Shown one piece after another: positions 28,639 through 37,815 of a DNA stretch of 64,000 nucleotides. The position numbers and the translations under genes are program-made. Under the pieces are notes generated by a model that was given only the letters and a program-made list of their open reading frames with translations, ran no database searches and had not been told where the DNA came from. Position 1 is the stretch's first letter. The number at the start of each line of letters is the position of its first letter. The stretch lies in assembly GCA_039630325.1 (NCBI GenBank), contig JBCNVG010000014.1, positions 42,972 through 106,971 on the forward strand. Reading direction: 5' to 3'. This stretch comes from Bacteroidia bacterium (GTDB lineage Bacteria > Bacteroidota > Bacteroidia > SpSt-205).

Positions 28639-29288
28639 TACCGACTACTAATGTAGCGCGCTATGCCGCGCAGGAAGTCCAGCCCATCAGAGTTCCCTTG
28701 ATAGGGGTCACAGGCTCGCTCAGGATGTGGCATGAGACCAAATACCGTTCCTTCGGGGTTGCCAATACCAGCTATGGCTGCATAACTACCATTGGGAGCA
28801 GGTGCGGGTACATATCGTAAGCCCCATGCAGGAGGGTCCTCATGAGGGACATATCGTCCCTCGGCATGAGCTATGGGTAAGCGGTAGAGCCTTTCACCAA
28901 GATAATCGCTTAGAGGACTTTTTTTCCATACCTGTATTGAGACCGTGCGGCAAATAAATCGTCCGCTTGTATTTCGGCGCAGCGCTCCAGGTAACCATCC
29001 TGCTTCCAAGAGAATCTGAAATCCATTGCAGATACCCATGACGAAGCCACCTTTTCTCCAAAAATCCTCTACTGCGGGCATGATAGCAGCAAAACGCGCT
29101 ATAGCCCCCGCTCGCAAATAATCTCCGTATGAAAATCCTCCAGGGAAAAACACCGCTTCTACTGGTGGTAGGACATGCTCAGCATGCCAAACATACCGAG
29201 GAATAAAACCTGCACGCTCCAGCGCATAGTATAGGTCTCTATCACAGTTACTCCCAGGAAAGACTACAATTCCCGCTCTCAAACGCAT
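28638..29288 (-). CDS. purQ: Phosphoribosylformylglycinamidine synthase subunit PurQ
   Basis: VFPGSNCDRD, PGGFSYGDYLRAGA, GICNGFQIL, PIAHAEG, GLMPHPER. Confidence 0.97.
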   Translation of the reverse strand: MRLRAGIVVFPGSNCDRDLYYALERAGFIPRYVWHAEHVLPPVEAVFFPGGFSYGDYLRAGAIARFAAIMPAVEDFWRKGGFVMGICNGFQILLEAGWLPGALRRNTSGRFICRTVSIQVWKKSPLSDYLGERLYRLPIAHAEGRYVPHEDPPAWGLRYVPAPAPNGSYAAIAGIGNPEGTVFGLMPHPERACDPYQGNSDGLDFLRGIARYISSR

Positions 29289-30523
29289 TCCAAGGCAAAA
29301 ATATTGGCATCCGTTCCTACTGCTACCTGGACGATAGGGTGATTAGGGAGATCTATGGAAGGAAAATCCGATAGTTCAGACAGCGTATTCACTTGTTGAG
29401 TCTGCTGAATAAAACTCTCGGGACTAAGGCCTGCAGCTATAAGGCGTAAGATCCGATAAGCCCATTCTCTGGTCGTTTCTGGCATGGAATGGAGGAGGAA
29501 ATAGTTGCGCACTTCAATCAGAATGTCTTCGGTAGGGAAAGGGTGCTTCGCCCATTTCTCCACTTCTGCGTGAATAAGGGCTACGGCTTCTGAGGCGCGC
29601 TCCCGAGCTACTTCACTGGAAATGATCATATAACTGCCAGCCAAGGCACTTTCTGACTGAGCATAGATGCCGTAAGTGAGTCCAGCTTCTTCCCGTATAG
29701 CTCGCATTAGCTGAGCTCCAAAGTAGCCCCCTAATCTCATTAGGGCCATCCTGTAGTATACATAGAAGTCGTGCAGGGGGCGAACCCATGGATAAGCTAG
29801 GCGTAGGGAAACCTGCTTGGCGGAAGAAAATGGGCGGGTTTCATACACTTTGGGCATCTGCAGAGGGAAGGGCATGTCATATTGGAGGGGGGCATACCAG
29901 GCCGACCATTTTTGAATTGATTCGGGTAAGTAAGGAGCCATTAGTACAATTCCTCTCAGCCCCCGTCGTATGAACTGCTCATAGTAAGAAGATAGCAGAG
30001 TAATGTCCATATTCATTAGAGCTTCTATGGGGGCGATAGAAGTAATGCTATAAGATTTGCCCCATAGGTGCGCCTGGAGGTAGGCATTGGCTTGATAGGC
30101 GGGATTGGCGCGGGCGCGGATTTCAGCTTCCACAAGGCGGGTCAGATGATGTCTAACGGCAGGACCCGACAGAATAGGGTAGGCTACTACTTCATGTAGG
30201 AGGGATAATGCCGAGGAAAGGTTTTCTGTCAGTCCCTCGGCTGTGAGAAAAATAGCGTCTCGACTGCTTTCCCACTCCATCTCCCATCCCAAACGATGAA
30301 ATTGCTCGGCCAGTCGGCCAGCCGGATAGCGCCCATTTTCCTCTGCCAAAAGCCGAAGAAGTAAGCGCCGCAGTCCTGGAGGATAAGAAGAAAGCGCAGG
30401 GGCAATCCACCATGCCCCTATGTACGAGAGAGGTTCTGGGCTACGAAGCCAGTATAGGGGAACTGCTCCTATTTGTCCTACTATGGGGACTTGAGGCTCC
30501 TGATAGCGCACGAGAAAATTCAC
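29279..30523 (-). CDS. M16 (insulinase-family) peptidase-like protein, non-catalytic subunit
   Basis: LGGYFGAQLMRAIREEAGLTYGIYA C-terminal M16 motif; no HxxEH. Confidence 0.78.
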   Translation of the reverse strand: MNFLVRYQEPQVPIVGQIGAVPLYWLRSPEPLSYIGAWWIAPALSSYPPGLRRLLLRLLAEENGRYPAGRLAEQFHRLGWEMEWESSRDAIFLTAEGLTENLSSALSLLHEVVAYPILSGPAVRHHLTRLVEAEIRARANPAYQANAYLQAHLWGKSYSITSIAPIEALMNMDITLLSSYYEQFIRRGLRGIVLMAPYLPESIQKWSAWYAPLQYDMPFPLQMPKVYETRPFSSAKQVSLRLAYPWVRPLHDFYVYYRMALMRLGGYFGAQLMRAIREEAGLTYGIYAQSESALAGSYMIISSEVARERASEAVALIHAEVEKWAKHPFPTEDILIEVRNYFLLHSMPETTREWAYRILRLIAAGLSPESFIQQTQQVNTLSELSDFPSIDLPNHPIVQVAVGTDANIFALECV

Positions 30524-31083
30524 AGCCGCTCTAAGATTTTACGCTTTTGGGTTTCATACTCTTCAGCAGTGAGAATCCCTGATTGATAAAGCTCATGTAG
30601 TTTGCGGAGATGCTCGTAAGGGTCATTAAAAGTAGATTGACTTTTCACTTCTTCGTACTTCTCCTGCCCTTCTTTGAAAGCACGTTTGTAGGCTTTCTGA
30701 GCAGCGTTCAAATCAAAATCTCGTAATGTGCCTCCACTGGCAAAATGTTCAGCAAATACTTTTCCTACTGCGTAGGTGGTCGTAGCTGCGAGGAGTGAAG
30801 CAGTTAATCCACCTACCACCCATCCGATACCAGGCAGTAACTTAATGACAGAGGAGCCTCCACGCACTGCTGTCGCGCCTATCAGGCTGGCTATGAGCCC
30901 TTTGGCTATTCCTGTGAAAAACGGGACATTATATACTTCGGCGAGTTTGCGGACGAGGTTGAGCTGGACAGCGGTCGTCGTGGCCCAGTCTGCAAAGGGG
31001 ACCGGGATAACTCCTGCCCCCATTGCCGCAATCATGTGCTCGCGAATCAGTTTTTCAGCCTTTGCGTGCCGTTCATCTTTCAT
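30520..31083 (-). CDS. DUF697/YcjF-family protein with C-terminal SHOCT domain
   Basis: AGVIPVPFAD..Q..LVRKLA..Y, KLLPGIG, TYAVGKVF..HF; LRKLHELYQSGILTAEEYETQKRKIL. Confidence 0.85.
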   Translation of the reverse strand: MKDERHAKAEKLIREHMIAAMGAGVIPVPFADWATTTAVQLNLVRKLAEVYNVPFFTGIAKGLIASLIGATAVRGGSSVIKLLPGIGWVVGGLTASLLAATTTYAVGKVFAEHFASGGTLRDFDLNAAQKAYKRAFKEGQEKYEEVKSQSTFNDPYEHLRKLHELYQSGILTAEEYETQKRKILERL

Positions 31084-31087
31084 TTTA

Positions 31088-32935
31088 TCAGCGCTTTAAA
31101 AGTCGGTAAGTTTGTTCAGTTTGACCTTTTACCTTTAGGAGGAACACACCTGAAGGAATTCCTACCAGGGGAACTTGGTAGTAGTGCGTACCAGCTGAGG
31201 GAAGGTCCATAGTGTATTTTGCTACATTCTTTCCTTCTGGGGTGTAAAGCTGGATTTCAATAGGTTGTGTAAGAGCGGCGTAGATTTGTAGGGTGACATA
31301 CTCCTGGGCAGGATTAGGGTACACACCGATGAGAGACACATCTACAAAAGGGAGGGCTGTTGCGTTACTGGTGCGAGGAATGAGGGGTGGATTGTATCCG
31401 GAGGGAGCAGTCGTGGGACCTGAAGCCTGGCGCAGGAATCTCTCTCCCGTTTGTACATACCAGCTCGCCCCCACAGTTTCTCCAGGGGTTGGTTGGCTAA
31501 TCGTAGCTGTGTAGTACCAGTCTCCTTGAACCTTTTGTGGGGTGACATCTATCAGGACATATCCATGCTGGCTTAGATCTACATATTTGACGTGCGGATT
31601 TTGAGTTGGGATGATAGAGGGATTGAGATTACCTAAGAAAGATGCATTGGCTGAGGTGATGCTCGGTGTGACAAACTCTACGGCGGTAGAGCCAGCTCCC
31701 GTGGTGCTATTGTAACTTCCTGGGCCGAAAGGCAAGTCATTTCCCCATGAAGTGTGAATATCCCCTGTGAGAATCACGACGTTGCTAATGCCATTCTGAA
31801 TGATTGTATCCATGAGTCGGCGTCTCTCGGCGGGGTAGCCATCCCACTGGTCGGGGTTAATGATATAAGTACCTCCAAAAAAGTTTGCTTGTAGAGGAGC
31901 CACCATTACTTGCTGCCCTAAGATTTTCCATGTGGTGGAAGCTGTTTTTAGTTCGTTGTATAGCCAGTTTCTTTGAGTGGGGCCGAGGAGTGTGCGATTG
32001 GGATCGTTGAGATTGGGATGATTTACATTGACCGGACCTGTGGCTACTTGTTGATCGCGTCCGTAATGACGAGTGTCCAACATAATCAAGGAGGCCAGAG
32101 ACCCCCATTCAAACTTTCGCCAAATTCGTAGTGAATCATTAGGGTCAGGCATTCGGAAAGGCATCCACTCATGGTAAGCTCTGAGCATAGCTGCTCGTCG
32201 GGCTGAAAAAGGACCTTCACCAGAGGTATGATTTTCCGCTCCGCCTGTCCAGGCGTCATTAGCCAGCTCGTGGTCATCCCACACCGCTATCATTGGATAG
32301 TTTTGATGGAGCCATTGAAGACTACTATCCAAGCGATAGTGAGAATATCTTATCCGATAATCTTCTAATGTAAGAATTTCCTTTGGCGGTTCTGCGGAAC
32401 GGACAGCATTCTGGCTAGGGCCATACTCATAAATGTAATCCCCGAGATGAACAACTAAATCAACATCGTTTCTGAGAGTGATGTTTTCATAAGCGGTATA
32501 GAAGCCATTTTGATAATCTGCACAAGATACTACGGCGATGCGCAGGCGATTTACGTTTCCAGAGGGGAGGGTGCGAGTTCTACCAACGGGAGAAGTCGTA
32601 TTGAAAGCTTTGAATCGGTAGTAGTACCAGCGTCCTGGTTGGAGGCCGGTAGCATCTACTTTGACGGTATAGTCTCTCTCGGCGTCAGTAGTAAAGTTTC
32701 CACTAGTTACGATTTGTTGGAATTGGGGATCCTGCGCTACCTCCCACTGTCCAGATATACTGCCAGTCCAATTTTGGGGAGGGGTGACCCGGGTCCACAG
32801 AATGACTCGGTCAGTGAGGGGATCTCCTGAAGCTACTCCATGGAGGAAAGGGGCTTGGCTGGTGCGTACAAAGGCTCGATTGGGGTGAGTAGGTTGAGAT
32901 AGGGCTAAACCTATTAAAAGGTAAAGGTGTCGCAT
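31088..32935 (-). CDS. phoD: PhoD-family alkaline phosphatase with T9SS C-terminal domain
   Basis: F.HGVASGDP, ILWTR, HLGDYIYEY, WDDHE..ND, LDTR, DQWDGY, LTGDIH; VYPNPA..SGVFLLKV CTD. Start 32935 or 32938. Confidence 0.94.
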   Translation of the reverse strand: MRHLYLLIGLALSQPTHPNRAFVRTSQAPFLHGVASGDPLTDRVILWTRVTPPQNWTGSISGQWEVAQDPQFQQIVTSGNFTTDAERDYTVKVDATGLQPGRWYYYRFKAFNTTSPVGRTRTLPSGNVNRLRIAVVSCADYQNGFYTAYENITLRNDVDLVVHLGDYIYEYGPSQNAVRSAEPPKEILTLEDYRIRYSHYRLDSSLQWLHQNYPMIAVWDDHELANDAWTGGAENHTSGEGPFSARRAAMLRAYHEWMPFRMPDPNDSLRIWRKFEWGSLASLIMLDTRHYGRDQQVATGPVNVNHPNLNDPNRTLLGPTQRNWLYNELKTASTTWKILGQQVMVAPLQANFFGGTYIINPDQWDGYPAERRRLMDTIIQNGISNVVILTGDIHTSWGNDLPFGPGSYNSTTGAGSTAVEFVTPSITSANASFLGNLNPSIIPTQNPHVKYVDLSQHGYVLIDVTPQKVQGDWYYTATISQPTPGETVGASWYVQTGERFLRQASGPTTAPSGYNPPLIPRTSNATALPFVDVSLIGVYPNPAQEYVTLQIYAALTQPIEIQLYTPEGKNVAKYTMDLPSAGTHYYQVPLVGIPSGVFLLKVKGQTEQTYRLLKR

Positions 32936-32939
32936 CATA

Positions 32940-32988
32940 CAAAGATAACAAGCTTAGTCTGGGTACAGAAAGGGCTTGTGTATCTTTG
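32940..32988. promoter_or_regulatory. Back-to-back divergent -7 boxes (TATCTTTG on each strand) for phoD and CASDH
   Basis: caaagata at 32940-32947 (minus strand) and tatctttg at 32981-32988 (plus strand), each 4 nt from an ATG. Confidence 0.72.
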
Positions 32989-32992
32989 CTGC

Positions 32993-34201
32993 ATGCCAAA
33001 GGTCATGGTGGTAGGTGCAGGCGCAGTCGCCCAGGTTACGGTGTGTAAGTTAGCGAGGCGCCCAGATTTATTTCCGGAAATTGTTTTGGCAAGTCGTACT
33101 TTATCTAAATGCAAAGCCATAGCAGAAAAACATCCCCAGACTCGGATAATCCCCGAAGAGTTAGATGCCAATAATGTCAGTCAGACTGTGGCTCTTCTCA
33201 AGAAGCACAAACCTGCGCTCTTGATTAATCTGGCTTTGCCTTATCAAGACCTTGCTCTCATGGATGCCTGCTTGGAGGCGGGAGTAGATTACTTAGATAC
33301 AGCTTCGTATGAACCGCCAGAGACACCCCTGTATGAGTACAAATATCAATGGGCTTATCGCGAAGCATACGAAAAAGCAGGGATTACCGCCATATTAGGT
33401 ATTGGATTTGATCCTGGCGTCACGAATGCCTTCGTCGCCTATGCGGCTGAGCATTTATTTGATGAGATACATTACTTGGATATCGTAGATTGTAACGCAG
33501 GGGACCATGGTCGTCCCTTTGCCACGAACTTTAACCTAGAGATAAACCTGCGGGAGATTACGCAGAAAGGTCGGTATTACTTAAATGGTCAAATTGTAGA
33601 AGTGCCCCCCCTTTCAGTTTCGCAGGATGTGCGATTTCCCGAAATTGGGGTTCGTCGTGCCTACCTGATATTTCACGAGGAGTTAGAATCGTTGGTGAAA
33701 CACTTTCCGACTCTGCGGCGAGCGAGATTCTGGATGACTTTTTCTGATAAGTATCTCATGCATCTGAATGCCTTCATGAATGTAGGTCTTACCCGCATAG
33801 ATGAGGTAGAGTATGAGGGGTGTAAGGTGGTTCCGATAAAGTTTTTGCAGCGACTTCTGCCTGATCCGGCGAGCTTAGCGCCTGACTATAAAGGCTGGGT
33901 TTCAATTGGCGTGCAGTTACGCGGGGTAAAAGATAATCGGGAACGCACTGCGTATATCTACACGAATGTGAGGCATGAGTGGGCTTATGCTGATTGCGGC
34001 TCCCAAGCAGTGGCTTATACAGCAGGCGTACCGCCTGCCATTGCGGCTGAGCTTATTGTTTCAGGGATTTGGAAAAAACCTGGTGTCTGGAACGTGGAGC
34101 AGCTTCCGCCTGATCCTCTCTTAGAACGGCTTCCGGCGGCCGGGCTGCCATGGAAAGTGGTCGTAGATTATCCCCTGGACTTTACTGATATTCCTGAATG
34201 A
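32993..34201 (+). CDS. Saccharopine dehydrogenase family; probable carboxy(nor)spermidine dehydrogenase
   Basis: VVGAGAVA, LASRTLSKC, NLALPYQDL..MDACL, YLDTA.YEP, GFDPGVT, DCNAGDHG.PFATNFN.EINLRE, HEELESL. Confidence 0.88.
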   Translation: MPKVMVVGAGAVAQVTVCKLARRPDLFPEIVLASRTLSKCKAIAEKHPQTRIIPEELDANNVSQTVALLKKHKPALLINLALPYQDLALMDACLEAGVDYLDTASYEPPETPLYEYKYQWAYREAYEKAGITAILGIGFDPGVTNAFVAYAAEHLFDEIHYLDIVDCNAGDHGRPFATNFNLEINLREITQKGRYYLNGQIVEVPPLSVSQDVRFPEIGVRRAYLIFHEELESLVKHFPTLRRARFWMTFSDKYLMHLNAFMNVGLTRIDEVEYEGCKVVPIKFLQRLLPDPASLAPDYKGWVSIGVQLRGVKDNRERTAYIYTNVRHEWAYADCGSQAVAYTAGVPPAIAAELIVSGIWKKPGVWNVEQLPPDPLLERLPAAGLPWKVVVDYPLDFTDIPE

Positions 34202-34911
34202 CTCGTCTCAGTGTCAATGTTAACAAAGTCGCCCTTCTCCGCAATTCCAGGGGGGGAAACATTCCTGATGTAGTATTTTTTGCCCAAACCTGCGAACGGT
34301 TCGGGGCAGATGGGATTACGGTTCATCCCCGACCTGATGAAAGGCATATTCGCAAATCGGATGTATATGCTTTAAGAGATGCCATAACTGTTGAATTGAA
34401 TGTAGAGGGCTTCCCCTCATCTGAATATTTGAGACTTCTTCAACAGGTGCGCCCGGCTCAGGCTACCCTCGTCCCTGACCCTCCTCATGCCCTTACTTCT
34501 ACTCAGGGGTGGAAGGTAAAAGAGCACGAGGCTTTTCTCTATCCTATTGTGAATCAGCTCAAAGAATGGGGGATTCGAGTAAGCATTTTTGTGGATCCTG
34601 ATCCTGAGCAGGTGGAAGCGGCTGCTGCTATCGGGGCAGATTGTGTGGAGCTATATACGGGTCCTTATGCGCATGACTTTTTAGAGTCACCTGAGAGAGC
34701 CATTGTGCCTTATCAAATAGCTGCTCAAAAAGCCGCTGAGCTGGGGCTGAGACTGCATGCAGGGCATGACCTAAATTTACTCAATCTGCGTTTTTTGCGT
34801 GTCAATCTACCGTATCTCGCCGAGGTATCTATCGGACATGCTCTTATCGCCGATGCACTATACAATGGCATAAAGGAGACTATTCGACTGTATAAGCAAG
34901 CCCTCTCATGA
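34198..34911 (+). CDS. pdxJ: Pyridoxine 5'-phosphate synthase
   Basis: LSVNVNKVA.LRNSRG, GITVHPRPDERHIR, TLVPD, VELYTG, AGHDL, EVSIGHALI. Confidence 0.97.
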   Translation: MTRLSVNVNKVALLRNSRGGNIPDVVFFAQTCERFGADGITVHPRPDERHIRKSDVYALRDAITVELNVEGFPSSEYLRLLQQVRPAQATLVPDPPHALTSTQGWKVKEHEAFLYPIVNQLKEWGIRVSIFVDPDPEQVEAAAAIGADCVELYTGPYAHDFLESPERAIVPYQIAAQKAAELGLRLHAGHDLNLLNLRFLRVNLPYLAEVSIGHALIADALYNGIKETIRLYKQALS

Positions 34912-36023
34912 ATCTTTCTGATCTAATAGGATGGATTTTTCGGTTACTGATTGCCCTCGGGGGTGGGGTTTTGATGGAATATATATTTCCGGCGCAGGGA
35001 TGGGGCTGGCGCGTTCAGGACCTTCTGTATTCTCGTTTTCAGCCCTCTTCGCCGGATACCCAGATTGTTATCGTGGATATAGCTCAACTGGGGCGAGCGG
35101 AGCTGGCTCGGCTCTTACTCAGACTGAGTGAAGCGGGTCCTAAAGCAATTGCTATTGATGCGGTTTTTGCCGAGCTCAGGTCCCCTCACGAAGACACGCT
35201 CTGGATGCAGGCTCTATGTACGGCTGCAAAACGCACTGCGGTATTTTTGGCTTGCAGCTTAGACCTTTCGCATGAAATAGAGAAAGCGCCAATAGTGCCA
35301 GTTAGCCATGAGCTATTTACCCAGTGTGCTCAGCAGGCGTTTGCGAATCTTTTACAAGGGGATACTGTCGCACGCATTGTACGCGAGTGCCTACTGTATA
35401 CAGTTTCGGGCAAGGATACAGCACTTTCCCTCGGAACCATAATGGCACTTATGCTGAGGCCCTCTTTGCGTGAAACCATTTTCACTTTGCCTGCCCGTAT
35501 GCCCATTCGGTACAGGGGAAACCTCAACCATTTTTATTCCCTAAGCGGGGAGGAAATACTTGCGGATAGTTTGCCTCTGTCGTGGCTTCGGCATAAAGTC
35601 CTATTCATGGGCGTGGCAGACCCTTTGCGGCGAACGATGGAAGATATCTTTTTCAGTCCCCTTACTTCCTCTTTTCTTAATCGGAGTTTGCCTGATATGT
35701 ATGGGGTCGTCATTCATGCCAATATTACCTCCATGCTTATTCATCGTGATTTATTCAAAGAACTATCAAGAGAGTGGGCAATATTGGGAGCTTTCGCTGC
35801 TTTTATGATCCTTTCTCTTGTTTCTCTTCAATTCCGAAATACAACATGGCGACCGCTGGTAATCCGAATCATGCAGATAGGATTGCTTTGGGGGGGGGTA
35901 GAGCTGACCTTATGGCTGGGTGAGAAAGGTTACTGGTTTCCAGTAGAGGTTTGTTTATGGAGCATCCTAATAGCTGGGGAAATGGAATTGTGGCGATGCC
36001 CATCTTCTCGTTTTTTGGTGTGA
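34908..36023 (+). CDS. CHASE2 domain membrane protein without cytoplasmic output domain
   Basis: IVIVDI..R.ELA.LL..L....PKAIAIDAVF, KVLFMG, EDIFFSP, MYGVVIHANI.SM, then 3 TM helices and stop. Confidence 0.85.
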   Translation: MNLSDLIGWIFRLLIALGGGVLMEYIFPAQGWGWRVQDLLYSRFQPSSPDTQIVIVDIAQLGRAELARLLLRLSEAGPKAIAIDAVFAELRSPHEDTLWMQALCTAAKRTAVFLACSLDLSHEIEKAPIVPVSHELFTQCAQQAFANLLQGDTVARIVRECLLYTVSGKDTALSLGTIMALMLRPSLRETIFTLPARMPIRYRGNLNHFYSLSGEEILADSLPLSWLRHKVLFMGVADPLRRTMEDIFFSPLTSSFLNRSLPDMYGVVIHANITSMLIHRDLFKELSREWAILGAFAAFMILSLVSLQFRNTTWRPLVIRIMQIGLLWGGVELTLWLGEKGYWFPVEVCLWSILIAGEMELWRCPSSRFLV

Positions 36024-36043
36024 TTTTTGCATATGGGTCAAAC

Positions 36044-36946
36044 ATGCGGTACTCAGTTTTTAGGCAAGCCGTGGGGAGCCTTGTACTCTCCGCTTTCGCT
36101 TACGGCCAGGGCATACTTGTCTTAGCTACTCGTGGCGATGTACAAATAGAACAGGGAGCAGGATGGGCCAAAGCCACGGCAGGGATGCGGCTACAAGACC
36201 AGCAGAAGATAAAAGTAGGTCAAGGGTCCTATATTGCTCTTATATTCCCAGGAAATAAAGCTCGCGAAATCAGGCAACCTGGCATTTATACCCCTAATCA
36301 ACTTATCTCCCAGAGGACTAATACTGATGATAATGCATATGCTTCTAAATATACGGGGTACATCTTGAATCAAGCGGTGGCTTCGGGGGCTGGGCGAGCC
36401 TCTGGAAAAACCCTAGGCGCAGTAACGCGTTCTACTATGGCTCCCGCTCCTCGTACCCCCGTCCAAAGCGCCTTCTTTGCAGATCGGGTCATATTCAACT
36501 GGGACCGAGTGCCTGGTTCAGAAGGATATATCGTTCAAGTCGTAGACGAAAGTGGACAAGTGCTAATTACCCGTGAAGTGCCTGCCGAGCAAACCTCGAT
36601 AGAACTCAATCTGGAAAATAAAATCAAGCCCAGTGTGTGCTACTATTGGAGAGTAAGCACGCGTCGTCATCCTACTTTATATTCTACCAGTACTTGCTTC
36701 CGAGTGCTTCCGCCTGATCAAGCAGCGGCTCTCAAGAAAGAAGAAGAGGCTCTGCGTCGCTCCCTCAATCTCAACTCCGCGTTGGATAATGTAACTCTAG
36801 GAGCTTTCTACGAGCAGAATGGTCTATATGGCTATGCTTGGAACGCATACAATCAAGCCAGCGCATTAGAGCCTGGCGCTGATGGATATGTAGCCCTTCG
36901 TGATGAACTTTCTCAGAGGGCCGTACGATCTACTGTCAAAGAATAG
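36044..36946 (+). CDS. Secreted FecR-like N-domain / Ig-like / TPR protein (DUF928-like C-half)
   Basis: Signal AYG|Q; VLATRGDVQI...W...AG..L.....IKVG..SYI.L; GAVTRS; FNW....GYIVQV..YYWRV; FRVL...LGAFYEQNGL. Confidence 0.6.
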   Translation: MRYSVFRQAVGSLVLSAFAYGQGILVLATRGDVQIEQGAGWAKATAGMRLQDQQKIKVGQGSYIALIFPGNKAREIRQPGIYTPNQLISQRTNTDDNAYASKYTGYILNQAVASGAGRASGKTLGAVTRSTMAPAPRTPVQSAFFADRVIFNWDRVPGSEGYIVQVVDESGQVLITREVPAEQTSIELNLENKIKPSVCYYWRVSTRRHPTLYSTSTCFRVLPPDQAAALKKEEEALRRSLNLNSALDNVTLGAFYEQNGLYGYAWNAYNQASALEPGADGYVALRDELSQRAVRSTVKE

Positions 36947-36980
36947 ATACACTGTTGTAAAAGCAAACATACATTTTGGG

Positions 36981-37013
36981 GTGGGGAGGATAAGCCTTTC
37001 CTCTCCCACTTTT
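36981..37013 (+). terminator. Intrinsic terminator
   Basis: GTGGGGAGGA...TCCTCTCCCAC stem plus TTTT. Confidence 0.6.
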
Positions 37014-37026
37014 CGTATTTTTCAGC

Positions 37027-37815
37027 ATGTCCCAGGTTGGATTGCCCCTACGCTTGCCTGATTTATACGAGCGCATTTTCTGGTTATATCCGCTCATTTT
37101 TGATGAAATAATAGCCCGTTCTACCCCTTCGTTTCGTCAGACTTTGCAAAACAACCCTAAAATCGTTCACGTCATTAGCCATGCGGGAACCTTGGGCTGG
37201 ATACCTGCTATTCTTGGGCTTTTGCGTATAGCTCTCTTAGAGGGCGGAGCGCAAAGGACAGCTCTCGGCATATTTCATCGTGGACTTTATCGGATTGCGG
37301 TGAGCCGGTGGATACTCAGAACCGTCTTTCAGAGTACGGAGCCGCCTACCTTTGCGAAAGTGGTCCAGGCTTTTCGGGAGGGGCCTATAAGCGATGTAGC
37401 CCTTTTTCCAGAAGGGGATAACTGTATACTGGGGGATGTGTATGAGATTCGCCCCTTTCGTTCGCCTAAGTTTGTGGAGCTGGCGCTGGCAGCCAATGCT
37501 CCTATCCTTATCACAGTACATAGGGGGGCCGAAGAATGGGGCAAGGATTTTTATATTCCCAGTTGGATGCTCAAGTGGGTGAAGCTGATAGAGCCTAGCT
37601 ACGTGCGTCCTCTCCTCAAGAATCCCGTTCTCAACCTGCCTATTCGGATTACTCGGATTCCAAAGTTTAGTTTGAATAGCACGCTTTACTTTCCCAAAAT
37701 TTCATACGATCAACTCAGTACCCGTCCTCGGGAAAGGTGGTTTCAGCTTCATGAAGAGGCAGAGCGAATCAAGGCTATTATGAAGGCCCTTCTTCAAGAA
37801 ATGCCATATGTCTGA
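37027..37815 (+). CDS. Lysophospholipid/DGAT2-like acyltransferase family protein
   Basis: VHVISHAG, VALFPEG, FVELALAANAPIL....GAEE. Confidence 0.7.
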   Translation: MSQVGLPLRLPDLYERIFWLYPLIFDEIIARSTPSFRQTLQNNPKIVHVISHAGTLGWIPAILGLLRIALLEGGAQRTALGIFHRGLYRIAVSRWILRTVFQSTEPPTFAKVVQAFREGPISDVALFPEGDNCILGDVYEIRPFRSPKFVELALAANAPILITVHRGAEEWGKDFYIPSWMLKWVKLIEPSYVRPLLKNPVLNLPIRITRIPKFSLNSTLYFPKISYDQLSTRPRERWFQLHEEAERIKAIMKALLQEMPYV

